Source: an uncultured Gemmatimonadales bacterium
Lineage (GTDB): Bacteria > Gemmatimonadota > Gemmatimonadetes > Gemmatimonadales > GWC2-71-9
Length of the DNA: 64,000 nt
Assembly (NCBI GenBank): GCA_963779755.1
Contig: CAVZZO010000003.1
Coordinates: 992,001-1,056,000 of the forward strand
Reading direction: 5' to 3'
A program made the translations under genes and the position numbers. Shown one piece after another: positions 53,701 through 63,277 of the stretch; within the stretch, counting starts at the first letter, position 1, and each line of letters begins with the position of its first letter. The notes under the pieces were generated by a model that was not told the DNA's origin, did no database searches, and was given only the letters and a program-made list of their open reading frames with translations.

Positions 53701-53806
53701 GAGTGGCTAACCGGCAACAACAGGGCGGCCCCGGGTTCCCGGAATCCTTGCAAAGTCCGGGACCCCGGCGGGAACGTGACCTCGACCCTTGACCAGGTCC
53801 CCGCCG

Positions 53807-53822
53807 CGGTATCTCCTTTGCG
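53807..53822 (+). promoter_or_regulatory. Candidate sigma-54 promoter for wzc
   Basis: cGGtatctcctttGCg: GG-N10-GC spacing with TTGC, about 110 bp downstream of the dyads. Confidence 0.4.
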
Positions 53823-53887
53823 GTACAGAGACAGACCCCGGCAAATGCACGCCGGGAAGGCCAGTCCCCATGGGGAGCTGCAACTCA

Positions 53888-56299
53888 ATGACAGGTAATT
53901 ATCTGCCGCCGCCCAAGCCGGGTGCGGACCTGGAGGTCCGCACCGACCAGGCGCTCCAGTATTCCGAGCCGTACCCGCTGGCCCCCGCCGAGCCCCCGGA
54001 GGAGGGGGTCAACTGGGGTCGCTATATCGCGGCTCTGGGGCGGTACAAGTGGCTGATGGTGTTGATCGTCCTGCTGGGCACCGGGATCGGCGTCGGCATC
54101 ACCCAGTTCATCAAGCCCGAATACATGGCCAGATCGACGTTATGGATCGACAGCCAGGGCGGCAAGAACGGCCCCATTCAGGCCGGGAACCTGGTCCAGG
54201 GGACGGACTGGCTCCAGTTGCTGCGGAGTTATCAGGTGGTGGACTCCGTCGTCCTGCGCCTGGGGCTGTTCGTGCAGCCCCGGGACGCGGAGGATTCCGT
54301 GGCGTTCCGCGGGTTTTCGCTGAAGCAACGCTTCTATCCCGGGAAATACCAGCTCCGGACGGACGAATCGGGCCGGCGCTATACCCTCATCAATGAAGAC
54401 GGCATCGAGGTGGATCACGGTGCGGTGGGAGACTCGATCGGCCGGCCTGTCGGGTTCCTGTGGCACCCCTCTCCTCGCGCCCTCAAGGCGGACCGGACGA
54501 TCAAGTTCAAGGTCCTCACCCCTCGGGACGCCTCCACCGATCTCATGACCCGGGTGGGGACCTCGGTAGCGGGGCTCGACACCCGCTCGGGTCCGGGCGG
54601 TCCCACCTTTCTGAAGGTGACCCTGACCGACCCCGATCCGTCCCGGGCGGCGGTCACGCTCAACATGCTCGACACCCAGTTCGTGAACATCACGGCGGAC
54701 TTGAAAAACCGCCAGCTTCGCGAGCTGTCGCTCATCCTGCAGAGCCAGCTCGATACGGTGGCGCAGCAGCTGCACGATGCCGAGGAGCGCCTCAAGAGTT
54801 ACGAGATCCAGGTCATCACCGAGCCGACGCAGGACGTCGCCATGGCGCCCGGTGTGGCGGCGACGCAGGCGCCGGTCCTGGGAACGTACTTCCAGCAGAA
54901 GACCCAGCTGGAGCAGCTCCGGAATGACCGCCAGGCCCTGGAAAGCGTGCTGTCGCGCCTGAAGAGCGGCGCGCAGACGGTGGATGCCTTCCAGACCATT
55001 CCGGTGGTGCGGACGGCGCCGAATCTGAGCGGCGCCCTGCTGGAGCTGCAGCAGTCGGAAGCGGAGCTGCGGGCCCTGCGCTACCGGTATACCGACGAGC
55101 ACAAGCCGGTGCAGGACGTCATGCAGCGGATCACCGAGCTCAAGACCCAGACGATCCCGGCCCTGGCAACTGCGCTGGCCTCGCAGCTCAAGATCCAGGA
55201 AGGGGAGATGCAGAAGCAGATCGCCGGGGCATCGCAGGAGCTCCGCGCCATTCCCAGCCGGTCCATCGAGGAAGCGCGGCTGAGCCGCGAGGTCACCGCG
55301 AAACAGGCGCTGTTCCAGGAAATTCAGAGCCGTTACGAAACCAACAAGCTGGCGGTGGCGAGCGCGGTCAACGACGTCACCATTCTGGATGAGGCGCGGC
55401 CCCCGCTGAAGCCCACCAGCAACACCGCGCCCAAGATCATCCTGATGGCGTTTGCCGCAAGCCTGGGCCTGGCGGTTGCCCTGGCACTGCTGCTGGATCA
55501 GCTGGACAAGCGGTTCCGCTATCCGGAGCAGGTGAGCCAGGAGCTGGGGCTGCCGATTCTCGGCGCGGTGCCGGCCCTCCGGCGCGGCTCCAGGCGGCAG
55601 CTGAACTCGGAAGAAGCCTCGCAGGTGGTCGAGGCGTTCCGGACGGTGCGCCTCAACGTGGCCCACTCCTACGGGGCCGGACCCATTCTGCTCACCGTCT
55701 CCAGCCCCGGGCCCGGCGACGGTAAATCGCTGGTGTCATCCAACCTGGCGCTGTCGTTCGCCGAGGCGGGCTATCGCACCCTGCTGGTGGACGGGGACAT
55801 TCGCCGGGGAGAGTTGCATCGCATGTTTGCGATCGACCGCCGCCCGGGGCTGCTGGATTACCTCATGGGCGACGCCGGGATCGACGACCTGGTTCGCCAG
55901 TCCGGCCATGAGGGCCTGTCCATCATCCCCTGCGGGACGCGGCGGCAGCAGGGGCCGGAGCTCCTGGGCTCCGCCGCCATGGGCCAGCTCATGGGAGAAA
56001 TGAAGTCCCGCTACAACGCCATCATCGTGGACAGTCCGCCGCTGGGCGCCGGGATCGATCCCTTCGTGCTCGGCACCATGACGGGCAACATGCTGGTGGT
56101 CTTCCGCTCGGGCGAGACCGACAAGGACATGGCCCAGCAGAAGCTGCGCCTGCTGGACCGGCTGCCGGTTCGGGTTCTGGGCGCGGTGCTGAACGAGATT
56201 CGGGCGGAGGGGGTCTACCGCTACTACTCCTACCTGTACGGCTATACCTCCGACGAGGAAATCCCGCCGCAGATCGCCGCGAGCGAGAAGGTCAGCTGA
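53888..56299 (+). CDS. wzc: Polysaccharide co-polymerase / tyrosine autokinase
   Basis: Two TM helices flanking coiled coils; EAFRTVR, SPGPGDGKS, LLVDGDIRR, IVDSPP; C-terminal Tyr cluster YRYYSYLYGY. Confidence 0.92.
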   Translation: MTGNYLPPPKPGADLEVRTDQALQYSEPYPLAPAEPPEEGVNWGRYIAALGRYKWLMVLIVLLGTGIGVGITQFIKPEYMARSTLWIDSQGGKNGPIQAGNLVQGTDWLQLLRSYQVVDSVVLRLGLFVQPRDAEDSVAFRGFSLKQRFYPGKYQLRTDESGRRYTLINEDGIEVDHGAVGDSIGRPVGFLWHPSPRALKADRTIKFKVLTPRDASTDLMTRVGTSVAGLDTRSGPGGPTFLKVTLTDPDPSRAAVTLNMLDTQFVNITADLKNRQLRELSLILQSQLDTVAQQLHDAEERLKSYEIQVITEPTQDVAMAPGVAATQAPVLGTYFQQKTQLEQLRNDRQALESVLSRLKSGAQTVDAFQTIPVVRTAPNLSGALLELQQSEAELRALRYRYTDEHKPVQDVMQRITELKTQTIPALATALASQLKIQEGEMQKQIAGASQELRAIPSRSIEEARLSREVTAKQALFQEIQSRYETNKLAVASAVNDVTILDEARPPLKPTSNTAPKIILMAFAASLGLAVALALLLDQLDKRFRYPEQVSQELGLPILGAVPALRRGSRRQLNSEEASQVVEAFRTVRLNVAHSYGAGPILLTVSSPGPGDGKSLVSSNLALSFAEAGYRTLLVDGDIRRGELHRMFAIDRRPGLLDYLMGDAGIDDLVRQSGHEGLSIIPCGTRRQQGPELLGSAAMGQLMGEMKSRYNAIIVDSPPLGAGIDPFVLGTMTGNMLVVFRSGETDKDMAQQKLRLLDRLPVRVLGAVLNEIRAEGVYRYYSYLYGYTSDEEIPPQIAASEKVS

Positions 56300-57251
56300 G
56301 GGACCTCAGCGGCACCTGCTCGAAGGCTCTGATCCGCTCGCCATTGCCCTCCGACCGCAGGTGGCGGAGGGCGGTGGTGGCGCGCAGCAGCATCTCCACC
56401 GCATCCACCGACGATTCGGCGAAATCCGGTACGGCGCAGTAGCCGGCCCGGATCCGCAGCCGTTGCTCGCCGCCCTCCAGAGGCACCGGTTCCTGTTCCA
56501 GTTGCTCGCCCAGCCGCTGCACCAGCCGCAGTGCGCCCTCCGGCGGCGTGGCCGGGGCCAGCACCGCGAATTCCGAACGCCCCAGCCGGCCGATGGCATC
56601 GGAGGCCCGCCCGGTGCGCCGGATGACATCACCGATGCGCTCGGCCATGCGCGTGGCGGCCTCCTCGTCCGACCCCTCCGGCCCGACGTCTCCCGGCAGC
56701 GGATCGGGGGCAAAGACCACGCAGGCCAGCGCCATATGGCGCCGGAACGCGTCCGCCCCGATCTCCCGGGCACGCCGGGCGAGACCGCGCATGTTGTAGA
56801 AGCCGGTGAGCTGGTCCAGCAGGCTTTCGTCCCGAACCCGATCGGCTTCGAACTTGTTGCGGACGTAGGTCTGGAGCTTCAGCAGCAGTGCCTCGCCATC
56901 CAGGGGCTGCCCCAGGAACTCCCAGGCACCGGCCCGATAGGCATCGAGCCGCTGCACCCGGCCCGAGGGGCCGGCCGTGGTGAGCACGATGGGAACCGTG
57001 GCGCTGATCCGCGGCTCGTCCCGCAACTGCCGGCAGAGATCGACGCCGGACATATCCGACATCTGCGTGTCCAGAATGATCACGTCGGGCTGGGCGGACC
57101 GGGCCCGTTCCAGGGCCTGCTGGCCGGTGTATGCCCGCAGGACGGCATAGCCGTTCGGCGCCAGAATGCTCTCCAGCGAGCGAGCCGACCATTCCTGGTC
57201 ATTAGCGATGAGTACGAGCGGGGGCCGGCTGGATTTCTCGTGGTCGCTCAT
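56292..57251 (-). CDS. Response regulator with a degenerate GGDEF domain
   Basis: Receiver domain (LIANDQ, ILD) followed by DQLTGFYNMR...RASD-AIGRL-GRSEF. Confidence 0.85.
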   Translation of the reverse strand: MSDHEKSSRPPLVLIANDQEWSARSLESILAPNGYAVLRAYTGQQALERARSAQPDVIILDTQMSDMSGVDLCRQLRDEPRISATVPIVLTTAGPSGRVQRLDAYRAGAWEFLGQPLDGEALLLKLQTYVRNKFEADRVRDESLLDQLTGFYNMRGLARRAREIGADAFRRHMALACVVFAPDPLPGDVGPEGSDEEAATRMAERIGDVIRRTGRASDAIGRLGRSEFAVLAPATPPEGALRLVQRLGEQLEQEPVPLEGGEQRLRIRAGYCAVPDFAESSVDAVEMLLRATTALRHLRSEGNGERIRAFEQVPLRSLS

Positions 57252-57348
57252 ACACTTTGGCGGGGCGGGTGAGTCGGGACAAGCGCGGCCAGTGCCCAAC
57301 TTCTCCTGCAGGACTCGTGCGGGACCCGCACGACGGCGCAAGACTATA

Positions 57349-57361
57349 CAAGTCATTGATT
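57349..57361. promoter_or_regulatory. IHF-consensus site
   Basis: caagtcattgatt matches YAANNNNTTGATW exactly. Confidence 0.4.
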
Positions 57362-57582
57362 CCATGCGCAATAACGGCCCGGGGGCCGGCACACCCGGCG
57401 AGGCATCCCTGCCACACCCCGGCAGGCGCGGGCGACGGACGGGACACGATGTCGCGGAAGCGACGACAGAACTGCATGCCGGACCCGGGGCCCGGGCACG
57501 CCTCCTGGTGTACTGCGCCGGCGCACGTGTGATATCCGCAATTGACTGAATCACTTAGAGGGAGTCAGGCGCCAGTCGGCGA

Positions 57583-57599
57583 CTGGCGAGGCTCTTGCG
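57583..57599 (+). promoter_or_regulatory. Candidate sigma-54 promoter for the export/exosortase operon
   Basis: cTGGcgaggctcTTGCg with GG-N10-GC spacing; dyad tgtcg-N9-cgaca at 57450-57468 upstream. Confidence 0.5.
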
Positions 57600-57789
57600 T
57601 GTGCGTTCTGCCTCACGGATGTGGAACGGATACCGCACCCATGTATCGGCAGCACCACACACCTGGGCAGCGAACGTGGGCGGGATCACTGCCTCGGCAT
57701 CCTAACTGCTGTAGTCTCAACACCAAGTTTCGTCCGAGCGGGGGCTGCCCCGGCCTCGGTTCTAGCACGCAGGATGCACCGGGGGGGGC

Positions 57790-58626
57790 ATGCATATCGG
57801 AAAACTGGATGTGATGAGCCGCCTGTCAGGCCTTGGGCTCGGCGGTCTGCTGACGATCGTGTCCCTCCAGGCGGCCCCGCTGCGGGCACAGACCCCGACC
57901 ACAGACTTCGCCGGTCGGCGCCCGGAAGCCACCCGGGCCGAACTCCAAGCCCGGCTGGACGACATCGAGAAGGTCCTGGCCTCGCCGGCGTACAGCGGGG
58001 ATCTCAAGGACCAGAAGCGGCAGGAAGCCGCCCTGGTCCGGGACCGCCTGGAGAACGGGGACTTCCGGGTGGGCGATCAGATCCAGCTGGCGCTCGCCGT
58101 CCCGGTAGATCCGAATTCCCAGCCGATCAACGGTCTGTTCACGGTGGGCCAGGGCCAGATGCTGGAATTGCCGGGCCTGGACCCGATTCCTCTGCATGGC
58201 GTGCTGCGCTCGGAGCTGGAGAGCTATCTCACCAACTACCTGAGCCGGTTCTTCAAGGAACAGACCGTGCAGGCGCACGGCACCATCCGGCTCCTGGTCA
58301 CGGGTGGCGTGGGCAAGCCGGGCTTCTACCAGCTTCCGCCGGAGACAACCCTGCCCGACGCCATCAATCAGGCCGGCATGGGCCAGCAGACAAAGCTGGC
58401 AGACACGGAAATCAAGCGCGCCGACAAGGTCATCTGGACCAGGGAGCAGGTCAGCGCCGCGGTGCACGATGCAGCAACGCTCGACCAATTGAACCTGCGG
58501 GCGGGGGACGAACTGGTCGTGGGCGAACAGGGCACGAAGGACTGGTGGCATACGCTGCGCACCATCGCCATCGTCCCCGGCCTGATTCTCAGCGTGGTCG
58601 CGCTGGCCAAACTGGCCGGCCTCTAG
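57790..58626 (+). CDS. Polysaccharide export protein with an SLBB domain (Wza-like)
   Basis: Signal peptide; FRVGDQI, VTGGVGKPGFY, LRAGDELVV; C-terminal hydrophobic helix. Confidence 0.75.
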   Translation: MHIGKLDVMSRLSGLGLGGLLTIVSLQAAPLRAQTPTTDFAGRRPEATRAELQARLDDIEKVLASPAYSGDLKDQKRQEAALVRDRLENGDFRVGDQIQLALAVPVDPNSQPINGLFTVGQGQMLELPGLDPIPLHGVLRSELESYLTNYLSRFFKEQTVQAHGTIRLLVTGGVGKPGFYQLPPETTLPDAINQAGMGQQTKLADTEIKRADKVIWTREQVSAAVHDAATLDQLNLRAGDELVVGEQGTKDWWHTLRTIAIVPGLILSVVALAKLAGL

Positions 58627-58652
58627 GCCTTTCCGGTGGAGGAGGAACAGGC

Positions 58653-59393
58653 ATGGTGCATGCCTCGGGTACGCGGTTCGTGAGAGCGGCTCCGCAGGTA
58701 CGGACGCTTCGTCTGGTCGAAGGGCACGAGCCCGCCATCAGGGTGCGCGCCCGCCATGAGCCCGTGGCCCGGACGGTGAATTTTCTCCTGGCCCTCCTGG
58801 CAATCATCGTGTTGCTGCCGGTGCTGGTGCTCATTGCCGTGCTGGTGAAGATCACCTCCCGCGGGCCGGTGTTCTATACCCAGACGCGGGTGGGGATCGA
58901 CCGGCGTACCGAGCAGGCTTCGGCCCCCAGCCACCGGCGCATTCAGGACCTGGGCGGGCAGGTGTTCACGATCTACAAGTTCCGCACCATGCACGTGAAC
59001 GCCGAACACATTTCCGGGGCGGTCTGGGCCTCCCGGGAGGATCCCCGCGTCACCCGGATCGGCGGCCTGCTGCGCAAGTACCGGCTGGACGAGCTGCCTC
59101 AGCTCCTGAACGTGCTGCTGGGCGACATGAACATCGTCGGCCCCCGGCCCGAACGGCCCAGCATCTTCATGCAGTTGCGGCGCGAGATCCCCGATTACCC
59201 CTGGCGCCAGCGGGCCAAGCCGGGCATCACCGGGCTGGCGCAGATCAACCAGCACTATGATGTCTGCCTCGACGACGTGCGCAACAAGCTCCACTTCGAC
59301 CTGCTCTACCTCGAACGCCAGGGCCTGCTGCAGGATTTCCTCATCATGCTGAAGACCGCTCCGGTCGTACTCTTCAAGCGGGGAGGCTGGTGA
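58653..59393 (+). CDS. Priming sugar transferase (bacterial sugar transferase family)
   Basis: GPVFYTQTRVG, YKFRTM, DPRVT, LDELPQL, VGPRPE, KPGITGLAQ; GGAGGAGG RBS. Confidence 0.92.
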   Translation: MVHASGTRFVRAAPQVRTLRLVEGHEPAIRVRARHEPVARTVNFLLALLAIIVLLPVLVLIAVLVKITSRGPVFYTQTRVGIDRRTEQASAPSHRRIQDLGGQVFTIYKFRTMHVNAEHISGAVWASREDPRVTRIGGLLRKYRLDELPQLLNVLLGDMNIVGPRPERPSIFMQLRREIPDYPWRQRAKPGITGLAQINQHYDVCLDDVRNKLHFDLLYLERQGLLQDFLIMLKTAPVVLFKRGGW

Positions 59394-60289
59394 GCACCAC
59401 CGCCGCCGAGCCGGCCCGGCCGGCGCTGCGCCGCCCCGGGGCGCGAGACCTGAACAGGCTCGCGCCCCATCTCGTGACCGCGCTCGCCTTCGCCCTGCTC
59501 TTTGCCCGCCCCTTTGCGCTCCTGGTGCGCGACTGGCTGCACGATCCCGATGCCGGCCATGGCCTGCTGCTCTTCCCCCTGGCGCTCTGGCTCGCCTGGC
59601 GGACCGGCATCCGGCCGGACCCGCGCCCCGCCCGCTGGCTGGGCCTCACCGTGCTGGCGGGTGCGGTGCTGCTTCGCTACCTCTCCGGACTGGCGGCGGA
59701 GCTGTTCACCATGCGGCTCTCGATGATCGCGGCCCTGGCCGGGCTGGTCATACTCACCTGGGGGTTCCGGCAGCTGGTCCGCTGGTGGCTGCCCTTCACC
59801 CTTCTGGTGCTCTCCATCCCGATCCCGGCGATTCTCACCAACAGCCTGGCCTTTCCGCTGCAACTCAAGGCCTCTGCCATGGGGGCCGCCCTGCTGGAGT
59901 TCCGTCATGTGCCGGTGCGGCTCATGGGCAACGTCATCCTGCTGCCGGGACGGCAACTCTTCGTCACCGAAGCCTGCAGCGGGCTTCGCTCGCTGACCGC
60001 CCTGCTCAGTCTCGGCGTGCTGGTGGGCGGGCTGTGGCTGCGCTGGCCGCTGAGCCGGATCCTGCTGCTGGCCATCACGCTGCCGGTGGCGGTGCTCATC
60101 AACGCCTTCCGCGTCTTCGTCACCGGCTTCCTGGTTTATCAGGTCTCACCCGGGCTGGGCGAGGGATTCATGCACCTGAGCGAGGGGTGGCTCATGTTCG
60201 TAGTCGCCTTCGGCATCCTGGCACTCGCCGCCTGGGGCATGCGGGCGGTGGAGGTGCGGGTCCGCCGCCGGAGCAGGCGCGATGGCTGA
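59390..60289 (+). CDS. Exosortase (EpsH family)
   Basis: Multi-TM protein with VTEACSGLRSL (catalytic Cys), NAFR and a late His; adjacent to epsI. Confidence 0.9.
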   Translation: MSTTAAEPARPALRRPGARDLNRLAPHLVTALAFALLFARPFALLVRDWLHDPDAGHGLLLFPLALWLAWRTGIRPDPRPARWLGLTVLAGAVLLRYLSGLAAELFTMRLSMIAALAGLVILTWGFRQLVRWWLPFTLLVLSIPIPAILTNSLAFPLQLKASAMGAALLEFRHVPVRLMGNVILLPGRQLFVTEACSGLRSLTALLSLGVLVGGLWLRWPLSRILLLAITLPVAVLINAFRVFVTGFLVYQVSPGLGEGFMHLSEGWLMFVVAFGILALAAWGMRAVEVRVRRRSRRDG

Positions 60290-60920
60290 CCGGAGCCGGT
60301 GGCTTCCCGCGCTGATCCTGGGCACCGGCTGCGGCCTCCTGCTGCTGGTGAACCGGCAGCAGGCGATGCCGCTGCGCGCTCCCCTCGGCACCCTGCCCGC
60401 CCGGGTCGACGGCTACCCCGGCGTGGATGAGCAGATCGCCCCGGGAGAACAGGCCGTCGCCGGCATGGACCGTTACCTGCTCCGCAGCTACGGCAGCGAT
60501 TCGGCCCTGGCGTTTTCCCTCTATGTGGGCTACTACAATCACCAGACGCAGGGGCGCACCATTCACTCCCCCAAGAACTGCCTGCCGGGTGCCGGCTGGG
60601 AAGCCCTGCAGGCGTCGACCCTGCCGGTGGAGACGACGGCCGGACACCGGGTGACGGTGAACCGCTACCTGCTGCAGAACAACAACCAGCGAGCCCTGGT
60701 GCTTTACTGGTACCAGGGACGCGGCCGGGTAGCCGCCAGCGAGTACCGCGTCAAATGGGAGCTGTTGCGCGATGCGGCGCTCCGGGGCCGGAGCGAGGAG
60801 GCGCTGGTCCGCATCGTGGTGCCGCTGGATCGGGCCGGCGACGTCACCGCGGCCGAACGGCTGGCCGCCAGCGTCGCCGGCCAGGTGATCCCGGATCTGT
60901 ACCGGGTCCTGCCGGCGTAG
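60282..60920 (+). CDS. epsI: EpsI family exosortase-associated protein
   Basis: LYVGYY, IHSPKNCLPGAGW, VLYWYQGRGR, ALVR. Confidence 0.88.
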   Translation: MADRSRWLPALILGTGCGLLLLVNRQQAMPLRAPLGTLPARVDGYPGVDEQIAPGEQAVAGMDRYLLRSYGSDSALAFSLYVGYYNHQTQGRTIHSPKNCLPGAGWEALQASTLPVETTAGHRVTVNRYLLQNNNQRALVLYWYQGRGRVAASEYRVKWELLRDAALRGRSEEALVRIVVPLDRAGDVTAAERLAASVAGQVIPDLYRVLPA

Positions 60921-60941
60921 GGCGCCGGGCGTCGCCGTGCC

Positions 60942-62108
60942 CTAGGCCGGCCGCCTGGTCGGCTCCCAGATCGGGTTCCTCTCTCCCCGCAGGGCCTTGA
61001 CCCAGGCCAGAAATCCCGCCGCATTCGCCAGCACAAAAAACCCACAGAGCGCGAGCGGACGGGGCAAGGGGCGGGTCTCCGGCCGGCGAAGCGCGGTGAC
61101 GCCGAGGGCGGTGACCAGCATCGCCCCGGCGGCGGCCACGGCCGCCAGCGGATAGTGGAAGCTCAGCAGTACCAGCCCCACCATGGCCCCCGGACCGGTA
61201 AGGAGCACCAGCCAGCGGCAGAGCTTGTGACTGAAGAGCATCCAGGCGAACAGGCCATACCGCAGCGGGTTCAGCAGGTGCCGCTTGTACCAGAGGGTAT
61301 CCAGGCCCCGCGCCATGGTCCGCGTTTTCCGCCGGTATTCGGCCTGCAGCGAGCGGGCGCGCGGCACCAGACAGACGGCCTCGTCCACCGATACCGCCCG
61401 GAGCCCGTGCTCCCGGCCGATCAGCGCGGAGGCAAAGTCCCGGCTCAACGCGTCGGGGAACAGGTGTTCGTGCAGGCTCCGCCGGATGGCGTAGAAACAG
61501 CCGCTTGCCCCCACGATGGACGCCACCCGCGTCTCCAGGGCACGCACGCGCATCTCGTACCCGACATAGCTCGACTCGCCGCGGTTCGCCTCCGCCTCCA
61601 GCGATCCCACGCTCACGTCGCGCCCCGACGCCACGCCGATGGACGGGTCCTGGAACACCCGGATGAGCGGCTTCAACGACCCGGGCAGGATGCGGATAGT
61701 GGCATCGGTATTCACCACGATCTCGCCCCGCAGCCGCGAGGCGGCGAAATTTTCGGCCGCCGTCTTCCCGCCCCGGGCCGGAAGCCGCAGGAGGACCACG
61801 CCCCGGTCGGCATAGCCGCGCACCACCTCGTCGGTCCCGTCGGTCGAGGCGTCCGAGATAACCACCACCTCCCGCCGGTCCGCGGGATAGTCGAGGGCGA
61901 GGAGGCTGTCGATGGCGCGACCGATGGACGCTTCCTCGTTATAGGCGGGCAGGCTGAGACTGATGAAAGGCCAGGAATCGGGCTCCGGGGCCGAAGCCGG
62001 CGCCCGGCGGGCCAGCCCGACCAGCCAGAGCAACGCCGGATAGACCGCGTAGGCGTATACGAACAGGGCGACGGGTAGCGCAATCAGAATCCAGCCGAGC
62101 ACGATCAT
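60942..62108 (-). CDS. Glycosyltransferase family 2
   Basis: LPAYNEE, SDASTDGT, GGKTAA, TDA, EYRRKTR; flanking TM helices. Confidence 0.88.
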   Translation of the reverse strand: MIVLGWILIALPVALFVYAYAVYPALLWLVGLARRAPASAPEPDSWPFISLSLPAYNEEASIGRAIDSLLALDYPADRREVVVISDASTDGTDEVVRGYADRGVVLLRLPARGGKTAAENFAASRLRGEIVVNTDATIRILPGSLKPLIRVFQDPSIGVASGRDVSVGSLEAEANRGESSYVGYEMRVRALETRVASIVGASGCFYAIRRSLHEHLFPDALSRDFASALIGREHGLRAVSVDEAVCLVPRARSLQAEYRRKTRTMARGLDTLWYKRHLLNPLRYGLFAWMLFSHKLCRWLVLLTGPGAMVGLVLLSFHYPLAAVAAAGAMLVTALGVTALRRPETRPLPRPLALCGFFVLANAAGFLAWVKALRGERNPIWEPTRRPA

Positions 62109-63244
62109 GGTGCAGCCTGCTCCGGTCTCGGGGTGTGCAGGGAAGCGTAAAGCTGGAGGTAACGAGCCACCCAGGGGCCGGCGGCGAACTCGCGGTCCAG
62201 ACGGTCCCGTGCCGCGAGCGCGCGCTGCTCCGCGCCGCGCGGGTCGTTCAGGATGGAGCGGATCCCCGCCGCCAGATCATCCGGGTCTTCGCCCCCTACC
62301 AGAATCGCCTCGCCGGGTCCGACGACATCCGGCACGCCTCCGACCCGCGCGGCGACCACCGGCACTCGCGCGGCCATGGCCTCGAACAGGCAGATGGGTG
62401 TGCCCTCGGTCCGGCTGCTCAGCACGAACAGGTCGAAGGCCCTGTAGAAGCGGTGCGCCGCCGGGATCACTCCATGAAACCGTACCCGGTCCTCGAGCCC
62501 CAGGGCGCGGCAGCGCGCCTCCAGCAGCGGCTGCTCGCGGCCCGCTCCCAGCACCGAAACCCGGAGCGACGGCTCGCCCAGCCGGGACACCGCATCCAGC
62601 AGGATATCGGCTCCCTTCTCCCGGGTCAGGCGCCCCACCCAGCCGAGTACCAGGCCGGCGGAGTCGAGACCAAGCTCCCGGCGCGCGTTGTCCCGGTCGA
62701 ATACCCGCGCATCGGCCTGGTCCCAGGCGTTGGGGATGCGGTGCAGCCGGCCGGGGGCCACGCCGGCCCGCCGGAGCCGGTCGAACAAGGGGCTCGATAC
62801 CGCCACCACCGCCGAGAACCGGCGCCAGGCGCGCAGCTGCAGCCACTCATACAGCCGGTTCTTCCAGCCGCCGCCGGTAAACCCGTGAGCCGTGCTGACC
62901 GTCGGCAGGCGGAGCCGGCGGGCCGCGCGACCGGCCAGCACGTCGGACCGGTATCCGTGCGTGTGGACCACTTCGGGAGCCAGCCGGTCGAAAATCGCGC
63001 TCAGCACGCCCACCTCGCGCCGGTAGGATCGACCCGGCAGCGGCAGAACCAGCAGCTCGATTCCCGCTTCCCGCAGCGCACGGTGGAAAGGATGCGCGGG
63101 ATCCTCCCGCTCCACCACCGAAACGACCGCCACCCTCCGGCCGGCGCGGCGTTGCCCCGCCGCCAGGCTGAGCACCACACTCTCCAGGCCGCCCACCGGA
63201 CCGGGCGTCACCGCGTGTACAATGGGCGGGGCCGAGGATTCCAT
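62105..63244 (-). CDS. Glycosyltransferase family 4
   Basis: GGLE, VHTH, TAHG, VGRLTREKG, SRTEGTPICLFEAMA. Confidence 0.9.
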   Translation of the reverse strand: MESSAPPIVHAVTPGPVGGLESVVLSLAAGQRRAGRRVAVVSVVEREDPAHPFHRALREAGIELLVLPLPGRSYRREVGVLSAIFDRLAPEVVHTHGYRSDVLAGRAARRLRLPTVSTAHGFTGGGWKNRLYEWLQLRAWRRFSAVVAVSSPLFDRLRRAGVAPGRLHRIPNAWDQADARVFDRDNARRELGLDSAGLVLGWVGRLTREKGADILLDAVSRLGEPSLRVSVLGAGREQPLLEARCRALGLEDRVRFHGVIPAAHRFYRAFDLFVLSSRTEGTPICLFEAMAARVPVVAARVGGVPDVVGPGEAILVGGEDPDDLAAGIRSILNDPRGAEQRALAARDRLDREFAAGPWVARYLQLYASLHTPRPEQAAP

Positions 63245-63277
63245 GATGAAAGGCGCGGGTCGTCGGGGCCGCAACCC

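Noticed and set aside
57781..57788. G8 run directly upstream of the export gene as a phase-variation switch
   Set aside because: It lies outside the coding frame and is short for a high-GC genome; there is no evidence of variation from a single sequence.
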